Source: a virus | Taxonomy: Duplodnaviria > Caudoviricetes | Direction: 5' to 3' (one strand) | Virus record (IMG/VR): IMGVR_UViG_3300025718_000019 | Location: 1 to 35,987 of that record | DNA length: 35,987 nt | Position numbers and translations under genes: made by a program | The notes under the pieces: generated by a model | The model's input: only the letters and a program-made list of their open reading frames with translations | Told to the model about the DNA's origin: nothing | The model's database searches: none | Shown here: positions 26,384 through 35,599 of the stretch, one piece after another | How the letters are laid out: every line of letters starts with the position of its first letter | Numbering within the stretch: the first letter of the stretch is position 1

Positions 26384-27534
26384 TGGCAATTACTCAACCT
26401 TTATTAATATCTGAATTGAATTTAGCCGGTAATCCTATTATCGCTAAATTATATTGCGGAGATAATGTATCACGACGTTGGCGTATTATTAAATACATCG
26501 AGGCAGATCCATTTATTCAGGTTATTTATGAGGGTTCTGTATTCACAACACTCGATACGTATGCCGAAATAGATATAGCAAGCATTTTTGAAGAATTAAA
26601 GAGCATATCCGGTATATCTGTTTTTGAATTTCAACTGAATAACGATGATGGTAACTTTACCAATTACTCAACTCAGGCACTAAGCATTTACGGCGGTGGT
26701 ATCAGTAAACTGCTTCAGCGTAAATTAGCTAAAATGAATACAAATATATTCACTTGGAAATTAAAAGATAATACTGCCAACTTTCTACTGAGTACCCGCA
26801 CCAATAACGATGTGTTGGCAGTTCCCGAAAATGAGCTTGTACCCTTTGGGTTTTATGCCAAAGGACTTAAATTCTATATTAAATCCGATGGCGATACAGT
26901 TGCTACTTTCGATCATTTATTAGATCAGGATGAATCACTTCTATATATCGATTTTGCAGCATTACGTGAATCATATGCCGGGTCAACAAATAAATTAGTT
27001 TCGGTATTCGATATCGTTACCGATACAAGCTATTCATTTTCGGTTGTAATTATTGCAGCCACGGAGCAAACAGAATACTTTCTTAAGTTTCGTAATTCGT
27101 GGGGAGAGTTGGAACAAATAGCCTTATATGGTTTATTATCTTTTTCTCCAACTATTTCCGAAGCAACTACCGTATCAAAATGGGATCCACAAGTAAATGA
27201 ATTTGTAGATCGTGCAAATAGACCTTCTATATCAAATATCTACACAGCCAATTCCGGTTGCAGAAGTGAATCCGATAGGTTATTCATTATCGATATGCTT
27301 TTAAGCGATACTAAAATTCTTATTGCCAATGGCGATGAGTATGAAGTAAAGGTAACTGCAGAATTGCCCGGTGTGGTAAGTAATGCTGGTATACCCGTAA
27401 ATGTAACATTGAATATAGAGTTAATTGATAAAGATCCGTATTATGGCGATCTGAAAGTTGAAAGTGCATACCAGGTACTTACAAAAACAACGCTTGAAAA
27501 CATAACCAGTGGCGACGCTGATATTTTAGTTTAA
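26383..27534 (+). CDS. Probable distal-tail/minor tail protein
   Basis: 383 aa with an LKFRNSWGELE motif; precedes the fibre gene. Confidence 0.55.
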   Translation: MAITQPLLISELNLAGNPIIAKLYCGDNVSRRWRIIKYIEADPFIQVIYEGSVFTTLDTYAEIDIASIFEELKSISGISVFEFQLNNDDGNFTNYSTQALSIYGGGISKLLQRKLAKMNTNIFTWKLKDNTANFLLSTRTNNDVLAVPENELVPFGFYAKGLKFYIKSDGDTVATFDHLLDQDESLLYIDFAALRESYAGSTNKLVSVFDIVTDTSYSFSVVIIAATEQTEYFLKFRNSWGELEQIALYGLLSFSPTISEATTVSKWDPQVNEFVDRANRPSISNIYTANSGCRSESDRLFIIDMLLSDTKILIANGDEYEVKVTAELPGVVSNAGIPVNVTLNIELIDKDPYYGDLKVESAYQVLTKTTLENITSGDADILV

Positions 27535-27540
27535 ATAAAA

Positions 27541-28833
27541 ATGGGCGATAAAAAACGATTTTCGGAAGATTTTACGCATTGGAATGATGCTATACCTACA
27601 GCGTTTAGATGTATGGTGGAAGATCCAACTACCGGTGAAGAATACTGGGTAACCCGCGAGCAATTAATTACCGGAGTTACTATTGGAAATATGGGTGGGG
27701 CTTCAGCTTACGACATCTATAAAGCAACTACTTCTAATATTCCGGTATTATCAGAAACGGATTGGATAAACTCACTATATGGTCATGATGGCATAACCCC
27801 AACCATAGGAAGCAACGGAAATTGGTTCACTGGAAGTACCGATACCGGCGTAAAAGCACAACCCGAAAACCCGATACCACAAGCACAAATTTACAACGCT
27901 CCAATGGGAGCAATTATATTTTTTGTTGGCTTATTGTCTGGTTTATCAGATAGTTGGCATTTAGCCAATGGCGATACTGTAGAAGGTTTCGGTAAAACTC
28001 AAGATATGCGCGGAAAAGTGCCACTTGGTTATGATCCTGCTGCATTTGCAACACCAACAGTAGCTACCGGAATGACAAAAAACTACGGTGCAATAGGAAA
28101 TATAGGAGGTAAAAGCTTTGTAACACTTGATAAAACTCAGATACCTGCATTGAAAGTCACTTTGCCAGGGCAAAGAGGAGGAGACAACAATGACAATTCT
28201 AATATAACTGCTTTTGCAGGTGGAGATAAAGGACCGGATGAAAAGTCTTTTAATTTTTCCATCGAAGTAAATACTGAAGCTGGCGATCAGGCTCACGAAA
28301 ACCGTATGGAGTATGTCGTTGGTGCGTTTATACAACGGGTAAAACCGGAAGTAGTAGTTGGTGATGGCAAATCAGCATATGATAGTTATAAGGATACTAC
28401 AACCGACAATCCTATTCTTACTGAAGCACAATGGGAACTTTCCTTACATGGTACAAAGGGTGATAAAGGTGATACTGGTTCCGTTGGTAATACAGGTGCA
28501 AAAGGAGATACAGGAACACAAGGTCCGAAAGGTGATACCGGAGCGCAGGGAAATGCAGGCACTCCAGGCACTTCAGTACCTGTCAACGTCGCATTGTTTC
28601 GAGTAAATTCGGGAGTAGTTCCAATGGTGGATTTTGGGTGGATAAGCAACCTTGTGGTTTCGGCGGTGGTACTTGGTGCAACCGCATCTGATATATCGGC
28701 AACAATAAATGGAACTGTATATAACAAAACGACCATAATAGGTGTGTCACTGCCGGCAGGTGCAAAAATGACTAATTTGGATGTGGTACTTTTAGCTGGG
28801 GAAACAAACGCAAACGCTTTAATAATATTCTAA
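27541..28833 (+). CDS. Tail fibre protein with tail-collar domain and collagen repeat
   Basis: PMGAII...WHLANG...DMRGKVPLG collar; 14 Gly-X-Y triplets at 28450-28575; two SAYD..K....P.L.E..W..SL.G repeats. Confidence 0.85.
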   Translation: MGDKKRFSEDFTHWNDAIPTAFRCMVEDPTTGEEYWVTREQLITGVTIGNMGGASAYDIYKATTSNIPVLSETDWINSLYGHDGITPTIGSNGNWFTGSTDTGVKAQPENPIPQAQIYNAPMGAIIFFVGLLSGLSDSWHLANGDTVEGFGKTQDMRGKVPLGYDPAAFATPTVATGMTKNYGAIGNIGGKSFVTLDKTQIPALKVTLPGQRGGDNNDNSNITAFAGGDKGPDEKSFNFSIEVNTEAGDQAHENRMEYVVGAFIQRVKPEVVVGDGKSAYDSYKDTTTDNPILTEAQWELSLHGTKGDKGDTGSVGNTGAKGDTGTQGPKGDTGAQGNAGTPGTSVPVNVALFRVNSGVVPMVDFGWISNLVVSAVVLGATASDISATINGTVYNKTTIIGVSLPAGAKMTNLDVVLLAGETNANALIIF

Positions 28834-28835
28834 TT

Positions 28836-29102
28836 ATGATACAAATAAACCCGACAATCTACTTTGATGAAAGCAAATTACTTTCTAAGCAAACGCCTGA
28901 ATTTCAAGCATGGTACAATGAAAATGTAAACCCATTGATTAACGACACGTTAAAGCCTGATATTCTGGATGAATATAAACGACCAAAAAGTTACACGGTT
29001 ACGGTTGACGTATTTAGCGTAACTATTTATCTGCTTTATATCAACCAAAGTTCAAGTGATTGGCGATGCCGTGATTTTCAACTAACAATTAAAACCGTAT
29101 AA
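28836..29102 (+). CDS. Hypothetical protein
   Basis: 88 aa; tight spacing on both sides. Confidence 0.7.
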   Translation: MIQINPTIYFDESKLLSKQTPEFQAWYNENVNPLINDTLKPDILDEYKRPKSYTVTVDVFSVTIYLLYINQSSSDWRCRDFQLTIKTV

Positions 29103-29103
29103 T

Positions 29104-30804
29104 ATGGCTAGTTTTTTTAAAACCCGATTTTTGCCAAACCCTGACGGCACGGATTCAGCAACTGCAATATCAAATGCTAATACTGCTTTTGTGCATACAT
29201 ATATAGGCGATGACTTGACGGGTGATGGTACAAGGGAATTTCCTTTTAAATCTGTCTATAAAGCAAACCAAAAAAGTGGTGTAAGTTACATTGTATTTAG
29301 AGGAGTCATTAATGAATCATTCTCAACCATTAAAACAATAATTGGTGATGATATTAACCAATATCTAGTTGTTTCAAATTATACAGTATCATCAGGTACT
29401 TTGATTAATTTGACTACAAATGGAACATGTGGGAATGTAAATGGAAATCAATATATAGAATGCATAATATCAGATCATAGTAGAGAAACTGGATGGGCTC
29501 TTACAATAAATAAATGTTTATTTACAAACATAAGAACAAGTAATTGGTATGATACTGAAACTAATTGCACATATGTAAATTTCAAATTATCTGTATATTA
29601 TGTTTTACAAGTCTATAAAAACTCTATTGTTTATAAAACATTTGATGTAGCAAATATACCATGTCAATTTACATATTTCTTATTTTCTTCATCAACAATT
29701 TTCAAGTATAATGGAGTTAGTTTAACTCAACCTACATGGACTAATGACAGTAAAGCAAATATACAATTATTAAGGAATGCTTATTTGTCTGCTGGTATGA
29801 GCAGCTCAAATGTAAATCAAATATTTGTAAAAGATTCATTTGGAAATGAGACCTGTAAGATTGTAAAAGAAGTTAGAAATGGTGGTACCTCTGCAAATAT
29901 ATTCAATGGATATGATATAAACGGAAACATCACTGATTATTCGTTGAATCCAAGTTCATCTAATGAAGCCTTATACGCATCCGATTTGGGTGGGTGGGTT
30001 GGATTTTCTAAACCGGCTACTGCATTAACTTCAACTATGTGGGATTCTCCTATTAATGTAAATTCTGATGGAAGTGACACTACAGATTCCGGAACATTAG
30101 TTCGTGTAAATTCAGACCAAACAATTGACTTTAATACAGCAAGTTCGCAAATATGGAATAGACTGAAAGGTAATACAACCATAGCAATTCCAAATGGAAT
30201 CAAATTCAATGGCATGAATCTTATGTCGAATGATGGGAGTGCTTTCGGCTATATTTTTGGTAAATATCAAAATTTAGTTGGAGCAACTGCATTAACACCA
30301 TCGGATGCACTTGAAGCGAATTCCATTTACAAGGTATGTAATGCAAATCGAGATATTTATTCCGCTGTGATTTATAACGGAAATCAATATTTACCTGACT
30401 ATTTTTTCAAAACCGATGCAATAGTTCTTGATTTTTCATTGCTCAATGTTGATTCGGGAACTATTGTTCGTAAGATATTGGCATCCCCATTGGAATCTGT
30501 TGAAATAATTCCTTATGATAATGCAACGACACCATCAGCTACGTTCCCCAAATTCTCCTGTCCATTAATGGGAAATGTCCAGATGTTATTTCACAAAATT
30601 GGGGTAAACATTGATAAGCCTGTACTATTTAGTGAGGTTACAAACGATAAAATAGCTTATTATCAAAGTTGGGCGGTTACAAATGCAGATCAAGAATTTG
30701 TAACCTTAGCATCCGATACAACCAATTATTACTATAAAATACCTGTGTTAAGCTATTTAAGAGTAGTTTTGAACGGAGTCTATAATCAAGAATACGACCA
30801 ATAA
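29104..30804 (+). CDS. Probable receptor-binding/tailspike-like protein
   Basis: GDDLTGDGTREFPFKSV (DUF1565-like cap), followed by an Asn/Thr/Ser-rich beta-helix-like region. Confidence 0.55.
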   Translation: MASFFKTRFLPNPDGTDSATAISNANTAFVHTYIGDDLTGDGTREFPFKSVYKANQKSGVSYIVFRGVINESFSTIKTIIGDDINQYLVVSNYTVSSGTLINLTTNGTCGNVNGNQYIECIISDHSRETGWALTINKCLFTNIRTSNWYDTETNCTYVNFKLSVYYVLQVYKNSIVYKTFDVANIPCQFTYFLFSSSTIFKYNGVSLTQPTWTNDSKANIQLLRNAYLSAGMSSSNVNQIFVKDSFGNETCKIVKEVRNGGTSANIFNGYDINGNITDYSLNPSSSNEALYASDLGGWVGFSKPATALTSTMWDSPINVNSDGSDTTDSGTLVRVNSDQTIDFNTASSQIWNRLKGNTTIAIPNGIKFNGMNLMSNDGSAFGYIFGKYQNLVGATALTPSDALEANSIYKVCNANRDIYSAVIYNGNQYLPDYFFKTDAIVLDFSLLNVDSGTIVRKILASPLESVEIIPYDNATTPSATFPKFSCPLMGNVQMLFHKIGVNIDKPVLFSEVTNDKIAYYQSWAVTNADQEFVTLASDTTNYYYKIPVLSYLRVVLNGVYNQEYDQ

Positions 30805-30805
30805 T

Positions 30806-31018
30806 ATGTTGAATCTAAGCACAGTTGGCATATCACTTGATATGGGCATAATTCCACCCGTTAATAGGGTACGTTCGAAAATAAGTTCATTTGGCATAGC
30901 TGCTGATTATGGAGTAATACCTCCTAAGAATTTCTTTAGGAGCAAAATTTCAGTGCTTGGAATTAGTGGCGAATTGATAGGCGAAAGTGCTGCGTTTTTA
31001 TTTTATCAGGTGTTTTAA
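30806..31018 (+). CDS. Small protein made of 22-aa tandem repeats
   Basis: GISLDMGIIPPVNRVRSKISSF / GIAADYGVIPPKNFFRSKISVL / GISGELIG. Confidence 0.7.
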   Translation: MLNLSTVGISLDMGIIPPVNRVRSKISSFGIAADYGVIPPKNFFRSKISVLGISGELIGESAAFLFYQVF

Positions 31019-31043
31019 AAATAACCACATTAAATTGTCAACC

Positions 31044-31418
31044 ATGGGCGACGAATTCGAAAAAACGACAAAAAACATCCTTGGCGATGAGCAAGGTACT
31101 ATTCCGACATCTATTCGTCAGTTATCGATTGGATTAGATTCTTATTTTGATAAAACAAGAAAAGAAGACCGTGAGTGGCACGATCAGGTTCTGAAAGCCA
31201 TAACTGAAATAAAAACGTCTGTTGATAATGACTGTCGCCTGTGCAAAACAGACGTTCAGAAAAATTTCAACCTGATAAAACCGATATTGTCGTTGGCCGA
31301 AAATCCAAAGCTATTGAAGTTGATTTTGGTTCTTATAAGCTTAGTAGTAATAATGGCATTTCGTGGTGGTCACGATTATTTTAATGACGCTACAAAACTA
31401 ATAACAACAATAAAATAA
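31044..31418 (+). CDS. Lysis-region membrane protein (one C-terminal TM)
   Basis: ATG 31044 preferred; LILVLISLVVIMAF TM segment. Confidence 0.65.
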   Translation: MGDEFEKTTKNILGDEQGTIPTSIRQLSIGLDSYFDKTRKEDREWHDQVLKAITEIKTSVDNDCRLCKTDVQKNFNLIKPILSLAENPKLLKLILVLISLVVIMAFRGGHDYFNDATKLITTIK

Positions 31419-31424
31419 TTATTT

Positions 31425-31811
31425 ATGAAAACATTTTTAAACTTTTGCATTCTGATTTGGAATATAATCAGAGTGTTTTTCAAGAAACATCATGCTTTAC
31501 TCACTATTCCGGCAGCAATTCTGCTATTTATTCTAAGTATTCCAGTCCTCAGGTGGTTTGATCCCACGGCAGCCGTATTTGATGCCGGGAAATTTCAATT
31601 TATTATTTTTCCAATGATTATGCTGTTTAGTTTTTCGGCAATAACGTGGATTTATTTTAATATCGTGTTCGGCACGTTTAGCAATTATCTAAAAACAAAA
31701 ATGAAATCAGATTTTAATGCAATCACATCATGGGAACGAATAAGACTTGTTTATACCTCTTTTTTATTTATTGTTTTAGTTTTAGTTTGTTTAGCCAAAA
31801 TAATAAGCTAA
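31425..31811 (+). CDS. Holin-like protein (about three TMs)
   Basis: Three hydrophobic segments; immediately before the endolysin. Confidence 0.65.
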   Translation: MKTFLNFCILIWNIIRVFFKKHHALLTIPAAILLFILSIPVLRWFDPTAAVFDAGKFQFIIFPMIMLFSFSAITWIYFNIVFGTFSNYLKTKMKSDFNAITSWERIRLVYTSFLFIVLVLVCLAKIIS

Positions 31812-32263
31812 TAGAAGTACAGAAGATTTACACGGCTGAAATTGGCACAAAAGAACTGACAGGTCATAATGATGGACAGCGAGTGGAAGAATACCTGGCT
31901 TCGTGCGGGTTAAAAAGGGGTCAACCCTGGTGCGCTGCGTTTGTCTGTTGGACTTTCAAAAAAGCCGGAGTAAAAGCTATTATAAGCGGATATTCGCCAA
32001 ATTGGTTCACTCCAAAGTATGTGATTTATTCTCGTGGTGGAAAACATAACTTGTCACCGAAAACGGCAGATGTTGGGGGTATTTATTTTGCTGATAAAGG
32101 CCGGATTGCCCACACATTTTTCATTGATGAGTGGAAAGAAGACAGTTCCAACGCGATTACCGTGGAAGGTAATACCAACTCACAAGGTGCGCGCGAAGGT
32201 GAAGGATGTTATAGAAAAAGAAGATCAAAAAGTCAAATTTATAAAGTAAGCAGATACTTATGA
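31730..32263 (+). CDS. CHAP-type endolysin with N-terminal hydrophobic signal
   Basis: PWCAAFV, IAHTF and VEGNT catalytic motifs. Confidence 0.85.
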   Translation: MGTNKTCLYLFFIYCFSFSLFSQNNKLIEVQKIYTAEIGTKELTGHNDGQRVEEYLASCGLKRGQPWCAAFVCWTFKKAGVKAIISGYSPNWFTPKYVIYSRGGKHNLSPKTADVGGIYFADKGRIAHTFFIDEWKEDSSNAITVEGNTNSQGAREGEGCYRKRRSKSQIYKVSRYL

Positions 32264-32892
32264 AAACATATTTAAAGACATTCTACAGCCTATATGTGGA
32301 GTTTATCATTGTATTAGTGATATTGGTATTTACCGGATGTGCCGGGAGTAAAAAGGTGGAGAAATCGAAGTTAGATACTTCTATTGCTTCCAATACTGAT
32401 GTGAATAAAAAAACGGACGAAACGAGTAGTGTAAAAACTGAAGCTTCAGGCGAAACAGCAACTTCAAAATCAACTCAAAGCACTGAAAACAAGTCCAAAG
32501 AATCTGAAACCAAAAATACAAAATATGATACTTCGAAACCGATTGTTCCTGGTACCGGAAAACCGCCGGTAGCTGAAGAAACTGTCAACACTACCACTGA
32601 AATTTCGAATAAAGACATGAAAATTATTGAAGATTTGACTAGTAAGTTTAATCTTCAAGTTGAAGAGAATAAGCATTTAAAGCAAGCTTATGATAGTTTA
32701 TTGAACACAAAATTATCTCAAAAAGCTAATACCGAAAGCAAAGAAACGCCGGTTAGTAATTGGTGGAAGTGGATGCTATCAGGAGTTGTTATTACGATTG
32801 TACTGCAGTTAGCCTGGAAGTTTACACCACTCGGAAAGTTGTCCTTTTTTTTCAATAAAATATTTTCAAAATTTGCAATCTCAAACAAATAG
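32260..32892 (+). CDS. Lipoprotein with C-terminal TM (u-spanin architecture)
   Basis: Lipobox VFTG/C, Thr/Ser/Lys-rich linker, WWKWMLSGVVITIVLQLAW TM; ATGA overlap with the endolysin. Confidence 0.75.
   Translation: MKTYLKTFYSLYVEFIIVLVILVFTGCAGSKKVEKSKLDTSIASNTDVNKKTDETSSVKTEASGETATSKSTQSTENKSKESETKNTKYDTSKPIVPGTGKPPVAEETVNTTTEISNKDMKIIEDLTSKFNLQVEENKHLKQAYDSLLNTKLSQKANTESKETPVSNWWKWMLSGVVITIVLQLAWKFTPLGKLSFFFNKIFSKFAISNK
32841..32875 (+). promoter_or_regulatory. Late-promoter motif, copy 5 (inside the spanin 3' end)
   Basis: GTCCTTT-N20-AAAATTTG. Confidence 0.45.
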
Positions 32893-32919
32893 TTTATTAT
32901 TAATTCAAAATTTTTAAAC

Positions 32920-33273
32920 ATGAAAAAAGTAATTCTAATTTGCATTGCACTTATTGCAATGTTTGCGGTAAATGCCGGTGCGGTGAGTTATCACCAGTCG
33001 GACCAATTACCAACTTGCACGGTTACTCAGCTTCACGCTGATGTTATGCCTGTAAATTTCACCATGGTAAGTCCTAAAGCTACTCCTGTAGTTTATAGCA
33101 CTAATGAGCAACACATGATAAAGAGTGTTGATATCGCCATGCAGTTTCAACCGGCTGCTTATTGTTTAATAGATCCCGGTAGATGCATACAGGTGTCTAA
33201 TTCTAATAATTTAAACTCAAACTTGGCCAAACGATACAATAATAAAATAACATCGACTGCCCGACATGTTTAA
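32920..33273 (+). CDS. Secreted hypothetical protein
   Basis: Signal peptide MKKVILICIALIAMFAVNAGA. Confidence 0.7.
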   Translation: MKKVILICIALIAMFAVNAGAVSYHQSDQLPTCTVTQLHADVMPVNFTMVSPKATPVVYSTNEQHMIKSVDIAMQFQPAAYCLIDPGRCIQVSNSNNLNSNLAKRYNNKITSTARHV

Positions 33274-33320
33274 AATTTTTTTTTTGACTTCATAGTATTA
33301 GATTTAAGGTTAATTGATAG

Positions 33321-33354
33321 AACGCCCCGCTTGTGAAAGTAGGGCGTTTTTTTT
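33321..33354 (+). terminator. Terminator with GTGA tetraloop
   Basis: AACGCCC.GCTT-GTGA-AAGT.GGGCGTT plus T-tract. Confidence 0.75.
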
Positions 33355-33405
33355 ATTATCTTTGTAATTCAATATTTTATATAAACATCTTAAAAATTTA
33401 ATCTT

Positions 33406-33975
33406 ATGAAAAAAGTTTTATTATTAGTTGTAATGGCTGTATTCTCTGTAAGTAATTTATTCTCACAAAATGTTGTATTACCTGTTGACTCAGTGACAGG
33501 TGAAATTTCATTTAAAGATATTATTAAGGTAGATTCTGTTAGTTCTAGTGAATTATATATTAGAGCTAGGCAATGGGTTGCTACAACTTTTGTATCTGCA
33601 AAGGATGTTATACAAATGGATGATAAGCAATCAGGAACAATTATCGTTAAAGCTATGACTGATGTTAGAACAACGTTTATGGTGAAGAGTCCTTGTGGAG
33701 TTGTTACTTATACATTGACAATTAATGTGAAAGATGGTAAGTATAAATATCTATTTAGTAATCTTTGGCATAGTACGGATTACAACGTTGCTCCTAGATC
33801 TACAATTATAACTCCTGGTGATTTAAAGAAAGAAAAACCGGGAGGAGGAATGATGTCAATGGGTATGAAAAATTGGAATGGAATAAAACAACAGGCTAAA
33901 GATTCTATCGAATTACTGATAGTAAGTTTGAAACAATCAATGAATAAACAACCTACAAAAACAGATAATTGGTAA
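33406..33975 (+). CDS. DUF4468-like exported protein (moron)
   Basis: Signal peptide; LYIRARQWVATTFVSAKDVIQMDDKQSGTII...KDGKYKY; own TATCTTTG element at 33357-33364. Confidence 0.8.
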   Translation: MKKVLLLVVMAVFSVSNLFSQNVVLPVDSVTGEISFKDIIKVDSVSSSELYIRARQWVATTFVSAKDVIQMDDKQSGTIIVKAMTDVRTTFMVKSPCGVVTYTLTINVKDGKYKYLFSNLWHSTDYNVAPRSTIITPGDLKKEKPGGGMMSMGMKNWNGIKQQAKDSIELLIVSLKQSMNKQPTKTDNW

Positions 33976-34002
33976 TTTTTTCATAATTCAATTCAATATT
34001 AT

Positions 34003-34038
34003 AAGAAACGCCAGACTTTAATCAGTCTGGCGTTTCTT
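34003..34038. terminator. Bidirectional terminator between converging genes
   Basis: 15-bp perfect stem AAGAAACGCCAGACT / AGTCTGGCGTTTCTT. Confidence 0.8.
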
Positions 34039-34040
34039 GT

Positions 34041-34277
34041 TTATTCTATCTTTATATTAAGATTATTACCACAATGTGGACACTTAATTGTATTCTTTTT
34101 GTCAAATAAATCATCAATTTCACACCCTATTGCAATTGATATTCTATTTAATACTTCTACTGTTGGGTTTCCATTTATATGTTGACTTAATCCAACTGTA
34201 CTTATACCCATTCTTTCAGCAACTTCCTTGCTTGTCAATCCTCTATCTGAAATAACCTTTTTGATATTTAAAGCCAT
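34041..34277 (-). CDS. XRE HTH regulator with C-terminal CPHCG zinc ribbon
   Basis: TSKEVAERMGISTVGLSQHINGNPTVEVL; start moved to MALNIKK (34277), downstream of the promoter at 34295-34302. Confidence 0.88.
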   Translation of the reverse strand: MALNIKKVISDRGLTSKEVAERMGISTVGLSQHINGNPTVEVLNRISIAIGCEIDDLFDKKNTIKCPHCGNNLNIKIE

Positions 34278-34294
34278 AATTGTAATATTTTCAG

Positions 34295-34396
34295 CAAAGA
34301 TATACAATTAAAGCTATTGCTTTATAAATGTACAGTTAATTAAAGTTAAACATTTAATTGAAGTATTGTGCAATTAAAGTTATAGCTTTATATTTG
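34295..34396. promoter_or_regulatory. Divergent promoters with paired palindromic operators
   Basis: Leftward TATCTTTG (34295-34302) and rightward TATATTTG (34389-34396); TAAAGCTATTGCTTTA (34309-34324) and TAAAGTTATAGCTTTA (34375-34390). Confidence 0.8.
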
Positions 34397-34444
34397 CACC
34401 GTATTATTAAAGCAATGTATATAATTATTTAAAAAGATACAATT

Positions 34445-34702
34445 ATGAACACAACATCCATCCGCAGGCTACGTCCTGCAAAACCGGTACATACTCCACC
34501 GGTAGAATTTACCAAAACATCCAGTTCCGAAACTGCGCTACAGTTGCTAAATACATTTGTAACTGAGGCTCGTAAAGAAATTCGTAAACGCGAAAATCTT
34601 ATTTTAAAAGGAAAGTTTAATCAGACTGATTGTGATTCGGTTACATTTCTTGGAGATACCTTTAGTCTAACTATTGATTTTAAGGGAGGGATAAGATTAT
34701 GA
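34445..34702 (+). CDS. Hypothetical protein
   Basis: 85 aa; first gene after the operator-gated promoter. Confidence 0.7.
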   Translation: MNTTSIRRLRPAKPVHTPPVEFTKTSSSETALQLLNTFVTEARKEIRKRENLILKGKFNQTDCDSVTFLGDTFSLTIDFKGGIRL

Positions 34703-34920
34703 ACTTACATTTTGAAATATCAGTACCCAATGCTAAAGTTGGTATATCCATCTTAAAGAAGATTCATAACCTAACAGGAGTTCTTCCGGTTAATGTAACC
34801 GGCTATAGTCCTACAGAGTTTAATGATACTATGAAACCGATAGCTGAAGCTGCTTGTGAATTGCAGGCGGAAGAAACTACAAAATATAAACATCTCCGAA
34901 TTATGCGCCCGGCAATATAG
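34699..34920 (+). CDS. Hypothetical protein
   Basis: 73 aa; ATGA overlap. Confidence 0.65.
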   Translation: MNLHFEISVPNAKVGISILKKIHNLTGVLPVNVTGYSPTEFNDTMKPIAEAACELQAEETTKYKHLRIMRPAI

Positions 34921-35038
34921 GACAATAAGCTAAATATTGTTATAAGTTTTATATAACTATCTGATTAACAATTGGTTATACTATATTTGCACTGTTCACT
35001 ATGCTAATCTATAAAAACAACAATTAAAATTTACGAAA

Positions 35039-35569
35039 ATGAATGAAATTGCAACAATCAACAATGTAGTAATTATCACTACTGACGACTCCGAAAAATT
35101 GATTCCAATTAAGCCTATTTGTGAGGCTTTGGGAATTGATGAAGATGCTCAAAGAAGAAAGTTAAAAGACGACGAGTTTTTGAGTTCAGTTACCGTGCTG
35201 AGCACGGCAACTGGAACCGATGGAAAACAGTATGAAATGGTATGTTTACCTTACGAATTCATCTTCGGATGGCTATTTACCATTAATCCGAAAAATGTAA
35301 AGCCGGAAGCTCAGGAAGCGGTGGCAAAGTTTAGAATTGAATGTTACCAGGCATTGTATAATCATTTTGCCGAACCCCGTGTTTTTCTGGCTGCTCAGCG
35401 CGATGCTACCAATGCCTATCTTGATGCTCGCGATAAAGCAAAAGAGAATTTTAAAAATGCTGATACAATTTTAAAAGACATTGAGCGCAAACTAAACGTT
35501 ACCCGTAGAATGTCGATTGAAGATTGGAGGAAGGCAAACAGAGAAATAGAAATACCATTTGAAAATTAA
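35039..35569 (+). CDS. Phage antirepressor N-terminal (P22 Ant-N-like) protein
   Basis: IPIKPICEALGID...Q...L, DGKQYEMVCLP, GWLFTINP, ECYQALYNHF; TATATTTG at 34982-34989. Confidence 0.85.
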   Translation: MNEIATINNVVIITTDDSEKLIPIKPICEALGIDEDAQRRKLKDDEFLSSVTVLSTATGTDGKQYEMVCLPYEFIFGWLFTINPKNVKPEAQEAVAKFRIECYQALYNHFAEPRVFLAAQRDATNAYLDARDKAKENFKNADTILKDIERKLNVTRRMSIEDWRKANREIEIPFEN

Positions 35570-35589
35570 ATAACGGGAATTCCCGTTAT
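35570..35589. repeat. Perfect 20-bp palindrome ATAACGGGAATTCCCGTTAT
   Basis: Read directly from the sequence; no loop. Confidence 0.8.
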
Positions 35590-35599
35590 ATTAACGTTT

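Noticed and set aside
27541-31018. Diversity-generating retroelement targeting tail genes
   Set aside because: No reverse transcriptase, and I found no TR/VR pair differing at adenines in the window; one outside the window cannot be excluded.
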